64,000 nucleotides of DNA from Callorhinchus milii (GCF_018977255.1 NW_024704742.1:113214001-113278000); one strand, 5' to 3'; positions 1-13,387 are shown, counted from the first letter of the stretch. The notes: generated by a model not told the origin, from the sequence alone. Program-made: numbers and translations.

Positions 1-90
1 CAGCCTAGCCTCTGAATTCAATATACCCCACATGGGACTTGAACTCACCACCTTCTGACCTAGAGGAAGAGTGCTACTGACTGAACCAGG
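1..90 (-). mobile_element. 5' head of old Deu-type (SacSINE1-like) SINE, cut by window edge
   Basis: gggacttgaactcaccaccttctgacctagaggaagagtgctact is the reverse complement of the head seen at 42065 and 62190. Confidence 0.6.
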
Positions 91-3000
91 GTAACTCCTG
101 AATAGTAACTTCTACTGACAGCTGGTATCTGACACATACGGAAACCTATCACTAGGTTTAAGAGTATCCAAACTGAGATTTCTATGCATCCCACCTACCC
201 ATGGAAATTCAAGAGATAGATTGTTGGAATGAAATGCGCACTCTCTTCCTGGAAGAATGCATCCTACTTACATAATTCGGGAAAGTACATTAATTCGATA
301 GAGCTATTCCTAAGTTTAAAATGTATATTCCTTTGTGGATTTGTTCTTAACCAGAAAGAGAATGATAAATATTGTTTGATGTTGCTTTAATTGTTTGTAT
401 TATTTTGTTTTTCTTTAAAAAAAATTAGATGGATAATTAGAATAACAAGACCCCATGAAATATTTAATAGAGCTGATGAGGTTGAAAGTGCTTTCGAAAG
501 GCATAACAACCATGTTACCCCAAGGAAAGGCATTTTGTACATAAAATGTGTTTACTGCAGAGAAATCTCAGTACATCAGTTAGACTTGTGCGGTCTTGTG
601 TCAGACATAAGGTCTAACGTGTCGGAGTGACATGCAACGATTTCCCTGCAGAAAATGCAGCTTACAGCACAGATGATTTGTTTGCTGGTTATGCCATCAG
701 GGGGCATTTTCAAGCCTTTTGTCTAAATTATAAAACCTTGTGCGGGTCTGGAATACCGTACTCGTATCTTACTTACTTGGGACGTCCTTCAACGTGAAAG
801 GCGCTATACAAATGTAATCTTGGTGTTGTTGTTATTTGTGCTGTATAATTCCAACTGCATATAATGAATAACCAAGTCTGATATTTCCACTTGTCTGGGT
901 ATGTCACGAGTGAACTGTTACTACCAAACATCTAATCCTGGCAGATTTAGCCCTGATTCAATTATGGATGGGTAATAACCGCCTGCAAGCAACTTCAGAA
1001 TAAATAGAGAAGCTAAATACCATCAACATTTCTGTATTCAAACTTGATGTTACGAAGGCCACCCTGAACTAGAATTAAGTGGGTTTTTTTTATTGTTTGA
1101 TATGAAAAATGTGCGACTGACTATTCAAACAAGGGCGATTATACCAGCTTGAAAGAACCAATTTTTAAAAAATTCTAATCTGTTTGAGGAGAGCATCTTT
1201 AGATCGATTAGAGATCAGTGCTATGCACCATCAATGGGCTTGGAATTGAGTGGTGAAAAGTCACAGGGATATTTGATCCTGGCTGTAACTCAACACTTGG
1301 ATACATCAATAAGAGTGTGGAGAAGGTTTAATGATCCAAGATTAGTTACATCAGTAGGTTGATAACCAGCAAACACAGTCACAGATTCTGAACAAACTAT
1401 TGTTCCGATAATAGCAACCACATAACTTACCAATGAAGAATGAGAACATTTCACAGTTTTGTCCAGTTAGACCCTCCCTAACCTTTGCATCTTTGATTCT
1501 GATGTGTATTGCTCAGAGTGCTATCTAGCTAGTGGCCCCAGGCAATAACCTTTTGTGCCTACAGTACTCAGATCAATTTTTTTTGCTTCTTACAAGTTTA
1601 AAGGGAAACACAGGACACCTCTGAGTGTCTGAGTTTCTGAGCACTTCCTTTTCAATAGTTCACCTTCTGTTGTCCTATGGCCGTAGAATGCTCTCTTTCT
1701 CTGGTGCAACATGAAAGGTCTGTTATCCATATGGATCTGAAAGACTGATCTATGAATGGAACATAAGATACTGAGAAAATTCACATGTCTAATTTTGATC
1801 GCAAAACTTCTTCCTTTACACTATGTTTGATTGGAAAGCTTCTTGTGGGTCTTGTTGGTATATTAGTAATTCTGCAGTGGATTTATCACCAACAAGGTTG
1901 CTACTATGCACTTAGCGTGAAATCTGGCCTCAAGTATTTAATCAAACTTAGAGGAGAAACATGGGAATTAAATTATTCTGCATTAAGGTAGGGGAAAAGA
2001 ATCAAGGGATGCAGAGAGAAGTGCAGAACTTGCAGAATAGGAATTATTGTTCATAAGTTGATAGGATGAAACCAGAAGGCTAGGATCAGGAAAAGAACAG
2101 GGGTCTAATCAGTTCAGACTGTATTATCTTCCTCATTGACCATGTCTTTGTGATTCCTCCCACTGCCTTCGCCTGTCTGTTCTCATCATTCACTATACTA
2201 CTGCTTTACTGATACTTTTGCCACTTCCTCATTTCCATGAAAAATCCCCTGATGTAGCTGCACATCTGCACTCTATGTCAGTCCAACAAAATCCTGGGCA
2301 GAATGACAGCAATGAAGTTTCACAAGCTGCTCTCTCACGTAATGTTGTCACCGAGATCTTTGTTGTACAAAGAAGATTAAACTGAGCTAAATATAACTTG
2401 CTGAAGTAGGATTATTGGAACATACGTCAGACTGTGGGAAACCTGACCATTTGTACCTGAACAGTTCGTCTCTTAAGTCTCTTTGCTCCCAGCAATTTAC
2501 AGTATCAATTATTTGAGATGTCTGACCATGTTAACAGCATTAACTCTTATTTTTACAGCCATTAATAAAGACATCAGATAGCGTTTCTATTTCTGGTTGT
2601 TGCTGTTCTTATTAAACTGCTAAAAAACCCTTTACAAATATCATTCAATACAATAAACTAGTAATGTTATTAAAAGAAGTTAAACAACAAATATAATAAA
2701 TGACAATAAAGTAGGTAAACACTTCCCATTTTGCTTACAAAGTGATTTGTGGTGCATAAAACTATGATTTTTTTTAGCTTTTGGATGTTACAATCATATT
2801 TACAATCTTCAGCAATAGCTTACTAATATTATTAATATTTATTCTATTATTGTTATCTTGTTATTTGCTTCACTCGATTTCATGTGCGAAGTTAAACATA
2901 CAGAGTCAGTATTTTCTTGTACAATGAATTCTAGTCTCTTCACACCAATATTAAATAGTATTTGCACGAGTGCAAACTTATAAACTGGCAGGAAAGTTCT

Positions 3001-6000
3001 GCTGAACTGAATATCTGAAAGCTTTGAGTATTTTGCTTGGTATTGGGTTAAAATGGATACCAATTATGCTTGAATAGCGATCTTCATCAAATGAATATCC
3101 TAATAACAGCCTTAGGCTGCTGTCATATGTCTTTCACATTCAAAGTAACATTGATCAAGCTTTGACCTCTGCCCAGATATTTAGGCTTTAAAGTATTCTA
3201 TGGAATCTGCCTTGATTTTGATCTTTTAAAAATAAAAGGTTTTAGACAATTCTGAAGTCTTAAAACATGATTGTCCGCAGAAGACTTGTTAGGTGCAATA
3301 ATAAATGTGATGTGTAAATACATTGAATTCTACATTGGTTTCTGCGAAATTAAAAGAAAATTATATATGTTTTTTTGTCAGTTGGGTGTCGAGAGTTCCA
3401 CACATCTGGTTTGGATACTTTTTAAGCGTGGGGATTGGTTTCCTCATGTCAGACATCCAGCTGACAAAGTGAAAGAGAAAAATCATGTTGATATCTTGGA
3501 GCATTTTGCCTACCATCACAAGCAATAAGCATAACTAATCACATGTGATTTCCACTCCTCCCCATTTTCCAGTGCTGGTGAGTATTATACAAATTATTTG
3601 TATGTATACGTATGTCACCATTCACAAGGCAAAAAACTGTTTCAACCAGTTTTCAATTTTACTATAAGTCAAACCTCTTATTCTAAATGGAACTGATCTG
3701 TTAGATAACCAACAGCATCAGGATTCGATTGCTTGCCTGTAAATACACAGCCACTACACTCAGCAGCAATTATTTGCGGAGCACTTTTAGACATTTTGAC
3801 GTTACAGGCTCAACATGAAATGTGATGATTCCAGTTCTTTGAGTACTTTCATTAAAGCTAAAATTTGTACATTTTGATATTTCAAAGTAATCTGCAGGTT
3901 TGGGCTGCTGACAGAAGCAGCAGTCAATTTCCAGACTTCCTGCATCAGCTGAATTAAGTGAAATATTTTGATACAAAATTGCTTCTGCATTTCTCAAAGA
4001 ATAAATGCTGTTTAAAAATGTGAACTGTAAGTAAATTGAGGAATTATTTTTAGTACAGTAGTAATCTTTGGGGATTCTCTTCAGCGTTTGATGTTTATCA
4101 TTTATATAGTGGGTTTTGTTTTCCTGGTGACTGGGCGTATGCATAAATTTAGCTATCTCGCTTAGTGAAATGTGGAGCTGAGCTAGAATATTATTGTGAA
4201 GCAAAATCTACCTAACGGCTATGCCTTAGAACCACAGATACGGGAATGCTCACTGCAGAGCTGTTTCATGGGGTACCCTTCACCGGTTACCCTCGTTAGA
4301 GCTGTAGACATTTACGACACAGAAGAAGGCCATTCAGCCTCAAGGCCATATTGTGAGGCTCTGTCATTACTGACACGAATGCAGAGGGTCGAGTGAAGGT
4401 AGCCCAGTGGAACTGAACTGAGATTAATAACCGCCCAGAAGTCTAGTGCTGGACAAGAAGCTGTCAGCATAATTTACCTCAAGCGAGCTCTCCTTTTTTT
4501 CCTGTCATATGTTGCACAGGTCACTTGACGGTTAAGCCTCTACACAAGCCAGATCCTGAAATAGATGCTCTTGCCAGAGCATTAGACTCCCATGGGATAA
4601 TGATGTCCTATGAACACTGTTGCATGAATGACTGTCACAAAGTGCACTTGAAGTAATTCTCGCTGTTAAATTACATACATTCTTTGAGTGAGTGCCTAGT
4701 GATCCGGTGTGGCGACTAAATAAAAGAAACTATTAGGTGCCCTATGAAGGGCACTATATTTGGTGCATGTGCGCAGTTGTTGTGTTAAGAGCTGGAATAA
4801 GCTTGCATGAGATTTGCTCTGAAATCGAATACCTGTTTAAGTGGTGTGCACCAGTAATGAATATTCATAATGAACAAGTGTGAAGAGGCTAATATTCATT
4901 GCAGTTAAAGGAGCTGTCTGTTTTGTTACTGTTGGTTGAATCATCTGCTAAAGTAATGTCATTTGTTTTTTTGAAATGACTAATTTGCAAGCAAAGGGCA
5001 TCTTACTACTATTGATGCAGTGGAGGGGGGATTGCCTTTTCACAGATGATCAGGCATGAGTAAACTGTCGCTGGATTTTCCTGCCTATCTGCAGTTTGAC
5101 CAATTGTCTCAGTTAAAATGTGTGATAGTGAGGACATGAAGAGGCTAGCTCTCCACTGTGCTTGTCACTCCATCTATTTGTGATTGAAATTCTAGGTGTT
5201 CGCCTATATAAAAAATAGTCACTCCATTTTACAGTAAATTTTGTAAAGCACTTTGAGATGTGCTCCCAACGGGAAAGACATTATATCAAATGCAAAGATT
5301 ATTATTATCTCAGTGACAGGAAAATGGGACTTGACAGATTTGGAAAAATTCCTAAATGTATTGTACACAACTAAGTGAAAACTTTTAGGGGGAATCGTAG
5401 TTGTTTTAAATGTGCAGAAACCTTCATTAACCTTTGAGTGTTGCACAGTTAATTCAGCCACCAGAAGAGGAAAAGCTAAGTGATATTTTTCTCTATCTCT
5501 CTTGCTCATGTAGTCTTGGCTTAGTGAGTGCTTTATAGACAGCCTTGATAGTGCTGTCAGGTATTCCTGATTGGTGGTAGGGGGAAGCTCCCTGGTAGAT
5601 CTCTACCACAGTAAAACTCACCAGTCACCATTCTTCACCATTTTGCTCCTTATGTTTAATGATGAGTAATGCCCATTCTGGAAACAGAAAGGAAATGGGT
5701 TACAGATGGTGAACGAGACAGTTTAGAATGTGAAAGCTATAAGAGTCGTTTGCGAATGCCCTGAATAAAAATGTTCTACTAAAAGTGTTCTGCTAAAAGC
5801 GTTCTCATTTCTTGCCATGGTAGTAAATCCTTGACATCATACAGAACTGTACAAAAGAGCAAAGTAGCTGTGCTAGTGATGAAGGGGATATGCACGATAT
5901 GCTGCATGAGCTGGGGGTACTAAAATGAACTGGTGCTTATGTGAGTGAGGACACAACCAAAGCATAGTTGGATCAAGCTGAAAGACTTGGATAAAACCCT

Positions 6001-6139
6001 TTCTTAGGGTTGAATGATGGGGCCTGTACAGGAACATATGGACATCCCATGGATTTCATGCTGAACTAAACTTCGTTCTCGAGCCCTGCAGAAAGGCTTT
6101 TGTAGTTGTATCTGTGATTACTTACAGACCTTCAGGAGT

Positions 6140-6290
6140 TTCTTTCAAATCCTGTTAAAAGACCTTGCTTTTTGATCAGGCTTACGGTCACCTCCTCCCG
6201 CCCTCTGGCTGGTGTTAGACTCCACCACTGTCACGTGCTCTGGGATGCTAACCCACGTGAAGGGCGCTATATAAATTCAAGTTGTTGTTG
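6140..6290 (+). mobile_element. L2 LINE 3' end fragment
   Basis: Ends ...cacgtgaagggcgctatataaattcaagttgttgttg, like other L2 tails in the window. Confidence 0.6.
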
Positions 6291-6376
6291 AGTTCAAATT
6301 CATTGGAAAGTCCACTAAAAATAGTATCTTATATACTGAAGAGCTCTTTTAGACTCCCTTTTCTTGTTCCACATTT

Positions 6377-6693
6377 ATAATAATAATAATACTTGCATTT
6401 GATATAGCGCTTTTCACGTCGGGAGGACGTCCCAAAGCGCTTCACAGAACACACTGTAAAGTGAATTGACTGTATATTTGTGGGCGAACGCGGCAGCCAT
6501 TGCGCACAGCAATGTCCCACAAACAGTCGTAGATTGAAAATGACCAATTTATTATTGATTTTGGTTTTTTGGAGGGATTATTATTAGGCGTGTAGAGTAA
6601 GGAAACTTGCCCAAGGTTTCTCCCTGCCTGGAATTGAACTCAGGTCTCTCGCTTGCAAAGCGAGTGCTCTAACCACTGAGCGACAGGACTCCA
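6377..6693 (-). mobile_element. Young tRNA-derived SINE, full-length short form
   Basis: About 317 bp; Pol III A box (TAGCTCAGTGG-like) and B box (GAGTTCAATTC), (ATT)n tail; closely similar to copies at 27578, 48679 and 55046. Confidence 0.92.
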
Positions 6694-6930
6694 AATGTAT
6701 AAGCTAGCCAGTAACAGATCTAAGAGTGAGTTCAGGAAGAAATTCTTTACCCAGAGGGTGGCGAGAATGTGGAACTCACTGCTGGAAGCTGCGGTTGAAG
6801 CAAAAAGCATCAATGTATTTAAGAGGAAACTCATAGACATGAGGGAGAAGGGAATAGGCGGGTGTAGGAGAGGGGAACAGAAGGGTGGATGCTCAGATTG
6901 AGCTTAAACAACTGCATGGACAGGTTTATA
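6694..6930 (+). mobile_element. CR1 LINE 3' fragment (ORF2 C-terminus)
   Basis: Translation RKKFFTQRVARMWNSLLEAAVEAKSINVFKRKL is typical of the CR1 ORF2 C-terminus. Confidence 0.8.
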
Positions 6931-8724
6931 TCGGGTGGGGAGGTAGAGGGGGCCCAAAGAAACTCCCTGATTCCCAAATGTAATCAAATATTTGTCTATC
7001 TGCATATCTGGACTATGTAACACTGCGCTGCTTCTTCCTGCCCCCCAGCCGCAGCTAAAAACCATTTTTGTGCCTGGTCGAGCGTTTGCTCATTCAGAGT
7101 CTGTAATTTCCCAATTTTGTTCCCAAGTTGAAGAGCTTTAGCCACTAAGACTGAAGGCTGCCTTTTGTTTCTGCCTCTTTTATTCCCTTATTGGAAGGGA
7201 GTTCTAGCAACAGGGTGAAACCAGCAATGCAGAAAGCTGCAGTTTAAAGTTCTGACCCTAAAATTTCCAGCTCCCTCATTTTAACTGTGTTTTGAGCATG
7301 ATTACCGTCAATGTGGAGCAGAGTATTGTGTTGAAATGGCTACAATACTGCGATGTACACATTCTGGCTAATTTACACTTCAAATTTCAAATACAGCTTT
7401 GTGTTGAACTTAATTGTATTAACTATTGATCCAATTAAAAATAATCCTTGTATTTGATAAACCACCTGTCAAATCGGGAGGATATCACAGGATTCACTGA
7501 AAAGTGCAACTTTTTTTTGTAGGGGAACACAACAATCAGATGATAGGCAAAGTTTAATGGATTGAATGGCCTACTTGTATTTGTAATTTTATTTGAAGTA
7601 TAAAGTTGTACAAATAACTCAACTCTATAGAGTTGTATAGAGTTATATTCACTATTCTTCTATAAAGAATTGTGCCAAGATAATAATTATCCATGCATTC
7701 GGATATCCATTAGAGCAGTGGTACTCAGTAAGTATGCGTTCGATCAGTAGTACTTACGCATTAATCAAAAAATATTCAATCAAGGACATTTATTTTGTGG
7801 GCTGACATAATGGTTGGCCACCACTGCGTTAGAGCAACATCATGGAGTTTAGCCTTTCAGTTTTGATCATGATTTTTGGTGCAGAGAATTATCAGAATGT
7901 GAAATGCTGTGCCACAAGTGGTTATTGAGACTGAGTCCATAACATTTAAAATGAAATTAAGGAAACATTTAAAGAGCAAGAGTCCAAACGTGCATATGAA
8001 AAAACATGGAATTGGGGTTAGAGTGGTTAGTTCCAATGGATGAGCTGGAATGATGGCTCTTCTGTTTGCTTCAATTTCCATTGTTCTATTATACTGCTGG
8101 AATAAAGAGCTTTTGAGAGTACACATGAGGTACACATTATGCTATACATGCCCTGAATAACAATTTCAATCAAATTGCACATGGATGTAATGTAAGTGTT
8201 TTCTTGAAATTTGGGGCTTGAGCTTTTCCACTGACTATAGCCAAATTTCTTTATTCCCACCATCAAGCCTTAAAAATGTTGAATTGCTTAAACCAATACA
8301 ATAGTTGTCTTCCCTGTTCAAACAATTGATCTACCGTAGATTTTATTTGCTGTACAAAATGGTACTGAAGTGAAGTACTTTCACTGTTAGATCAAGATCT
8401 CACTCAGAACCAGTGTTGAGAAATTAGATTTGTATTGATCCTGCAGCACAGATTTCTGATCTCTGGTTGTTGAAATACTATAGTTATAATAATATTTACA
8501 TATGATATAATGTTTTTCACGTTGGGAGGACATCTTAAAGTGCTTCACAGGCCAACTTTAAAGTGTAGTGACCATTTTCTCTTAAAATTTAAAATAGCAC
8601 AGAATTGCAGAATACAGTATTCTTAAATCCTGCCCTGATTTGGAATCTGGTTCATTTTTCAGAACTGTGGAAATCAGGATCCACATTAAGAGTGAATTTG
8701 AACATGTGATTTTACATTTAAAGA

Positions 8725-8880
8725 CAGAATAGTCTTGATTCTGAAGGCTATGGGTTCAAGCCCCACTTGGAGACGTTGAACTCGCAAAGTCTATGCTGAC
8801 ACTCCAATGCTGTGTTGGGGGTACTCTGTATTGTGGGGCTGGTGCCATTCTTCGATGAGACTTTATCAAATTCAAGGCTT
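8725..8880 (+). mobile_element. Old Deu-type SINE 5' half
   Basis: gggttcaagccccact...gctgacactccaatgc...ggtgccattcttcgatgagac. Confidence 0.6.
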
Positions 8881-9229
8881 GTTATCAAAAATGCAAGGAG
8901 TTAATATAAATGATCTCTAATATTTTAACATGAACAAGAGTCCACTGCTGTACATGTTTTTCCTGGTCATCTTAATCAGGGTCACTATCTTGCCAGTGTT
9001 TACAAGACCAGGTGCTGTTTTGTTCCTGTTGGCCTGCCTCCCAATGTTAGCTTGTCAGCTCCTTACGATTTTACTCAGTGGGGAGATGACCAAGCACAGC
9101 TGGGTGGATCATTTCACTGTTGGTGGATTGAGGAGATTTTGGAAATGGGGTCAGGTAGTTGCGTCTTAGAATAATTATAGTGGTCTTGTTCCCTCTCTCT
9201 CTGCGACTTCCTCAAACCCTACCAACCGG

Positions 9230-9493
9230 CGAATTACAATAGACAATTGCGCACAGCATTGTTTCAGACACATTCGTGGAGATTGAGTGACCAAATTAGT
9301 ATATTTTTAAAGGAATTATTACCACGAGAAAGTGATCTGCCAATTGACTGACAACCAAGTTCCTACTTACTGCTAGATAAACAGAGGTGTGTGGAGCAAG
9401 GAAACTTGCCTAAGATTTCACCTTGCCCAGGATACAAACCCAGTCCTCTCGCTTGCGAAGCGAGTGCTCTAACCAATGTGCTACAGGACTCCA
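9230..9493 (-). mobile_element. tRNA-derived SINE, long form, 3' truncated
   Basis: Same head as the short form plus an extra ~70-bp block shared with 37390-37740 and 50641-50900. Confidence 0.85.
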
Positions 9494-9628
9494 CAAGTGG
9501 GAGGGGAATCTGAGCTGAATGAAGATAGAAGTATTGTTGAGATCAAGCAAGCATAAGGAGCATGGAGACGTATTTTGGGTGTAAATTGGTTTTCGTATCC
9601 AGTCCATGTCATTTTTCAACATTGCAAA

Positions 9629-10326
9629 TGGGGATTGCAATCCCGGGGCTTTTCCTGAATCCTAAGATTTCAGAATTTTAATGCCTCAAATCCCTGGATC
9701 TCGAGATGCAAAATCTTGCCTCGGAAACCCCCCCACCCCAGGTAACGCAGCTAACAGCGCTAGCACTGTGCAGTAATCTCTCTTTGAGACAGTCACTGAC
9801 TCACCTGCCTCTCCACCTACCTCAGCAATACAGTGGTCTGACATCAAGGGACTCGACGAGACAGCCAGCGGGGAGGGGGTTAATGATGGTCATGATAGTG
9901 ACAATATAGAGAGAGAGAAAAGGCGCAAGCAGAGAGGGATAGGTACATTCAGAGATAGATGTACACATTCACAGAAGAACTAAACGAGGGTCATTGGTAC
10001 CAAATGGGGAGATGGAGAAAGAATATCAGATATAGAGAGTGAGAGAAAGCGAAACAGAGACACTAACAGAAAGCGAGAAATTAAATATCATCAATGAAAC
10101 AGATGAATATGACACTAACAGTGAAACTTCTGTAAGGTTTGTGTGCGTGTGTGTGTGATGGAGGGACAAAAAAGAGAGGGAGAGATGGAAAACAGGCAGC
10201 GACAGACAGAAAGCAACTTTGCCAATGCTTTGTATATATTTTAATAAAATCCCAGGATTCTCTTTTATAAATCCCAAGATTTCGGGAGCACCATTATCCT
10301 AAGGGATTCTGGGATTGCAAACCCTA
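9629..10326. mobile_element. Putative decayed non-autonomous hAT-like DNA transposon
   Basis: Imperfect TIRs tggggattgcaatccc / gggattgcaaacccta and subterminal aatccc-ggatt repeats at both ends; no clear TSD. Confidence 0.45.
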
Positions 10327-10886
10327 ATCTCGTATAGTCTATTGATTTTAGCAACTTTTGTAAGTACATTTTGTCAGAACAGAATGTGCAATGCTGTATT
10401 TCTAATCTTGTGGTACACTTCTCAGCTCCCCCTCTCCATCTGTGCTGAGTGTGCGTATGTGTAAAGAGATATCCAGAGCTGCTGGAACATGGACCAAATA
10501 GAGTCCAACACCACAGTTTTATTAAAGGCAAAATTAAATTAGAAGGTGGAGCAGATTAATTTGATCATAAAGAATTTAATTTCTAAACATAAAGACGTTA
10601 TTCATTTCTCTTCTCTCCTCCACTCCATGGAAACATTTTAAATATTGACAATTCTGGAGCTACTGGATTGTGGCCACATTTAATATTTTGGGTTTGCTAT
10701 GCTGTAGCTGGAGTGTTGCAACTCTGCATTTTGACAGGTTTCTAATACCTGTTGTTGTTATGGTTCACCTTGAAGATGTTGGTAGACTGGCTGTATCGGT
10801 TTCATTGAAGGTGCATTATCCTAATTCTGTTTGCATCGAATGACTTAGATGTGCAAGGAGATGTGTGTGTGTGTATTCTGTCAAAG

Positions 10887-11131
10887 TGGAGTCCTGTAGC
10901 TCAGTGGTTAGAGCACTCGCTTTGCAAGCGAGAGACCTGAGTTCAATTCCAGGCACAGGGCGAAACCTTGGGCAAGTTTCCTTACTCCACACGCCTAATA
11001 ATAGGCTGCCGCGTTGGCTCCACAAATATACAGTCCATTCACTTTACAGTGTTCTGTGAAGTGCTTTGGGACGTCCTCCCGACGTGAAAAGCGCTATATC
11101 AAATGCAAGGATTATTATTATTATTATTATT
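10887..11131 (+). mobile_element. tRNA-derived SINE with internal deletion
   Basis: Head intact; jumps from cctaataata to ggctgccgcg; long (ATT)n tail. Confidence 0.9.
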
Positions 11132-11667
11132 ATAATTAAACTGCCCGCAAGAGTAATCAATAATTGTAGCACAGGAAAAAATGCAGTACCCAAAGCCATT
11201 TGGGTTAGTTTGCTTCGTGTGAGGTGATTTCTTCCATGCAAAAATGCTTAAAGCAAAAAAAAAGTTTGTATTGTCAAGCTCTTGCTTATTGTGTTTCTTA
11301 GGGCTATTTAAACATCAGCTACTGATTCTAACAATTCTAAAATAAGTACTGAAAAGATCCACTTACTTTCTGACATCCTAATGAGCGGAATGCTGAGAGT
11401 GCTGTAGGAGGGTGAGTTGCTGTTCTTGTTGCTCTACTTATAAAAGGGCATTATTCCAGTGTGGAGATGAGCAATTACCGTATATTAATGGCTTCAGATT
11501 GCCTTGGTTATTACCATCAGCAACATCTATGTCTCTGCTGTTAGACTTCATTGAGATTTTCAATCGTCTATGTGCAGAAGTACAATAAATACTTCAAAAA
11601 TGGCTTTGGGTACTGCATTTTTTCCTGTGCTACAATTATTGATTACTCTTGCGGGCAGTTTAATTAT
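11132..11667. repeat. Perfect 70-bp inverted repeat (11132-11201 / 11598-11667), 396-bp spacer
   Basis: Arms compared base by base and are exact reverse complements; also seen as the shared MALGTAFFPVLQLLITLAGSLII translation on opposite strands. Confidence 0.95.
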
Positions 11668-12279
11668 TGTCAGTTGCTTGGCTTGCCCTAGGAAAGAGAG
11701 TTATGGGAGAAGTGAGCAGAAATCTGATTGTATGTTAAGTGCAGTGGGTTCAGCCCTCTGAATGTAGAGCAGGGAATTTGTACAAACAATCCCTCCTTGT
11801 TTCCTGTTTACAGAAGTGTATGTACCTCACCTCAGCCTCTCAGTAAATTGACTGTAGCTTGTAATAAGCTTTCTAATATTTCCTAATCATTCTTCTGTGC
11901 CAATGTTGTCTCATGTTTTCAGCTTCTGCCTTTAATTGCCCTTTAAGGTACAAAACATTTAATTGTATTAATTAGATACACTTAGGAATCACAAAATGTA
12001 TGATACGATGAAGGTTTTCTGTACAAGAACAGATTTTCTCCCCCAGATATTTGATGTATTTTAATTTAATTGCTCACATGGATTATTATACTCGCTTGCA
12101 AATTTATGCACAGTCCATTTGTCCATGTTGTATTAATCAACTGCAGCTTTCTTTTTTACATTCAGTGTTTTTACTTTTATAAAATCCATATTTGAATTGA
12201 ATCCTTCAACACTCCCATCCTAGTTCTGTTTGAAAATACTATAACATGATTTCCATGCCTCTTTCTTGTCCAAGCCTCA

Positions 12280-12785
12280 TATTGGGTGTCAAGATTATAG
12301 TCCAAGCTGACACGACATTGTCAGAGATGCTGTCTTTTGGATGAGATGTGAAATAATAATCCTTGCATTTATATAGTGCCTTATCACGTCTTTGAGACGT
12401 CTCAAAGCGCTTCACAGCATATACTGCAAAGTGAATTCACTGTATATTTTGTGGGCGAAATGCAAAGGCCAATTGCGCACAGCAGTGTCCACAAATCAAT
12501 TAAATCAATGAAGTCCCATTTGCTTGCTTTCAGGTCATTGTTAGAGGTCCTGTGTCACTATTCAAAAAGACAAAGGAGTTTCTCCTAGTGTCCTGGCCAA
12601 CAACACCCCAAATAAACTTGGTCTTTCAATTCATGGCTGCTTGTGGGACATTGCTGCGTGCAAATTGGCTGCCATGTTTGCTCAAAAAATAGTTACTCTA
12701 TTTTACAGTAAATCCTGCAAAGTGCTTTGGGTCATTTTCCTGACGTGAATGGCGCTTTGTTGAGTGTAAGGATTATTATTATTAC
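12280..12785. mobile_element. Old Deu-type SINE (+) interrupted by a SINE 3' fragment (-, ~12353-12520)
   Basis: Deu-like text gatgctgtcttttggatgagatg stops at ~12350 and resumes ~12530 (cactattc...ggagtttctcctagtgtcctggccaa). Confidence 0.65.
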
Positions 12786-13258
12786 ATTGGTCACTCACCT
12801 CATGTGACTTTAGTAGCACAAAATGACTGCTGTATTTCCCACAGAAGTCATTACATTTGACAGTAATTACCTGTGAAATGCCTTGAAACATTTCAATGTG
12901 ATAAGAACCTATAAAAATGCAATGTCTTACTTTACACTTTATGAATTGTCCCCTTATTGCAGCATTCATTCTGAGCTTGCAAACCAGGTACTTTGTGTTG
13001 CCTGCCTCTTTGTACACATCAGTTTCTCGTCTATTTTTCGCTGTTGTAAACATGTCTACTCAGTATCAGAAAGGATTGAATGGATTCTGAAGTTATCATA
13101 CAAATTGCTGTAATGAGAGGAATGTTGCATTCATTGAGGTGCTGGCCCTGAGGAATGAAATATCTGCTCTTTCTTGGGTGCTGGTATCAGTACTAATTGC
13201 TCTCTGTTATTGGTATTTTGCTTCTCCAATCTTCTTATCCTTTTTTTTCCTTCTACAG

Positions 13259-13387
13259 GGGAATTGTGTGAGCCCAACCCATGTGAGAATGATGGCATCT
13301 GTATGACGGGGTTGGCAGATGAGCCTTTTTCATGTGAGTGTCCCGATGGCTTCACAGGTCCCAACTGTTCTAGTATTGTGGAGGTTG
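13259..13387 (+). CDS. EDIL3: EDIL3/Del-1 internal exon (exon 2), EGF-like domain 1
   Basis: Pyrimidine tract + ctacAG acceptor, G|GTAAGT donor, 129 nt, phase 1-1. Encodes (G)[42 protein letters not shown], matching recalled human EDIL3 [43 protein letters not shown]. Confidence 0.96.

Noticed and set aside
3770..4204. 144-aa minus-strand ORF
   Set aside because: No recognisable domain or splice structure; composition fits random AT-rich sequence.
7620..7635. 16-bp palindrome caactctatagagttg (also the 10-bp inverted repeat at 13771-13800)
   Set aside because: Short and without supporting context; no function can be argued.
10887..10965. tRNA-Ala(TGC) gene (also 27578, 51890 and minus-strand copies)
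   Set aside because: Each continues into a shared SINE body and tail, with imperfect T and acceptor stems; these are SINE heads.
1..13258. EDIL3 exon 1 and promoter
   Set aside because: No signal-peptide exon with a phase-1 donor and no CpG island recognised; probably upstream of the window. The hydrophobic start of ORF 13174 is just the polypyrimidine tract.
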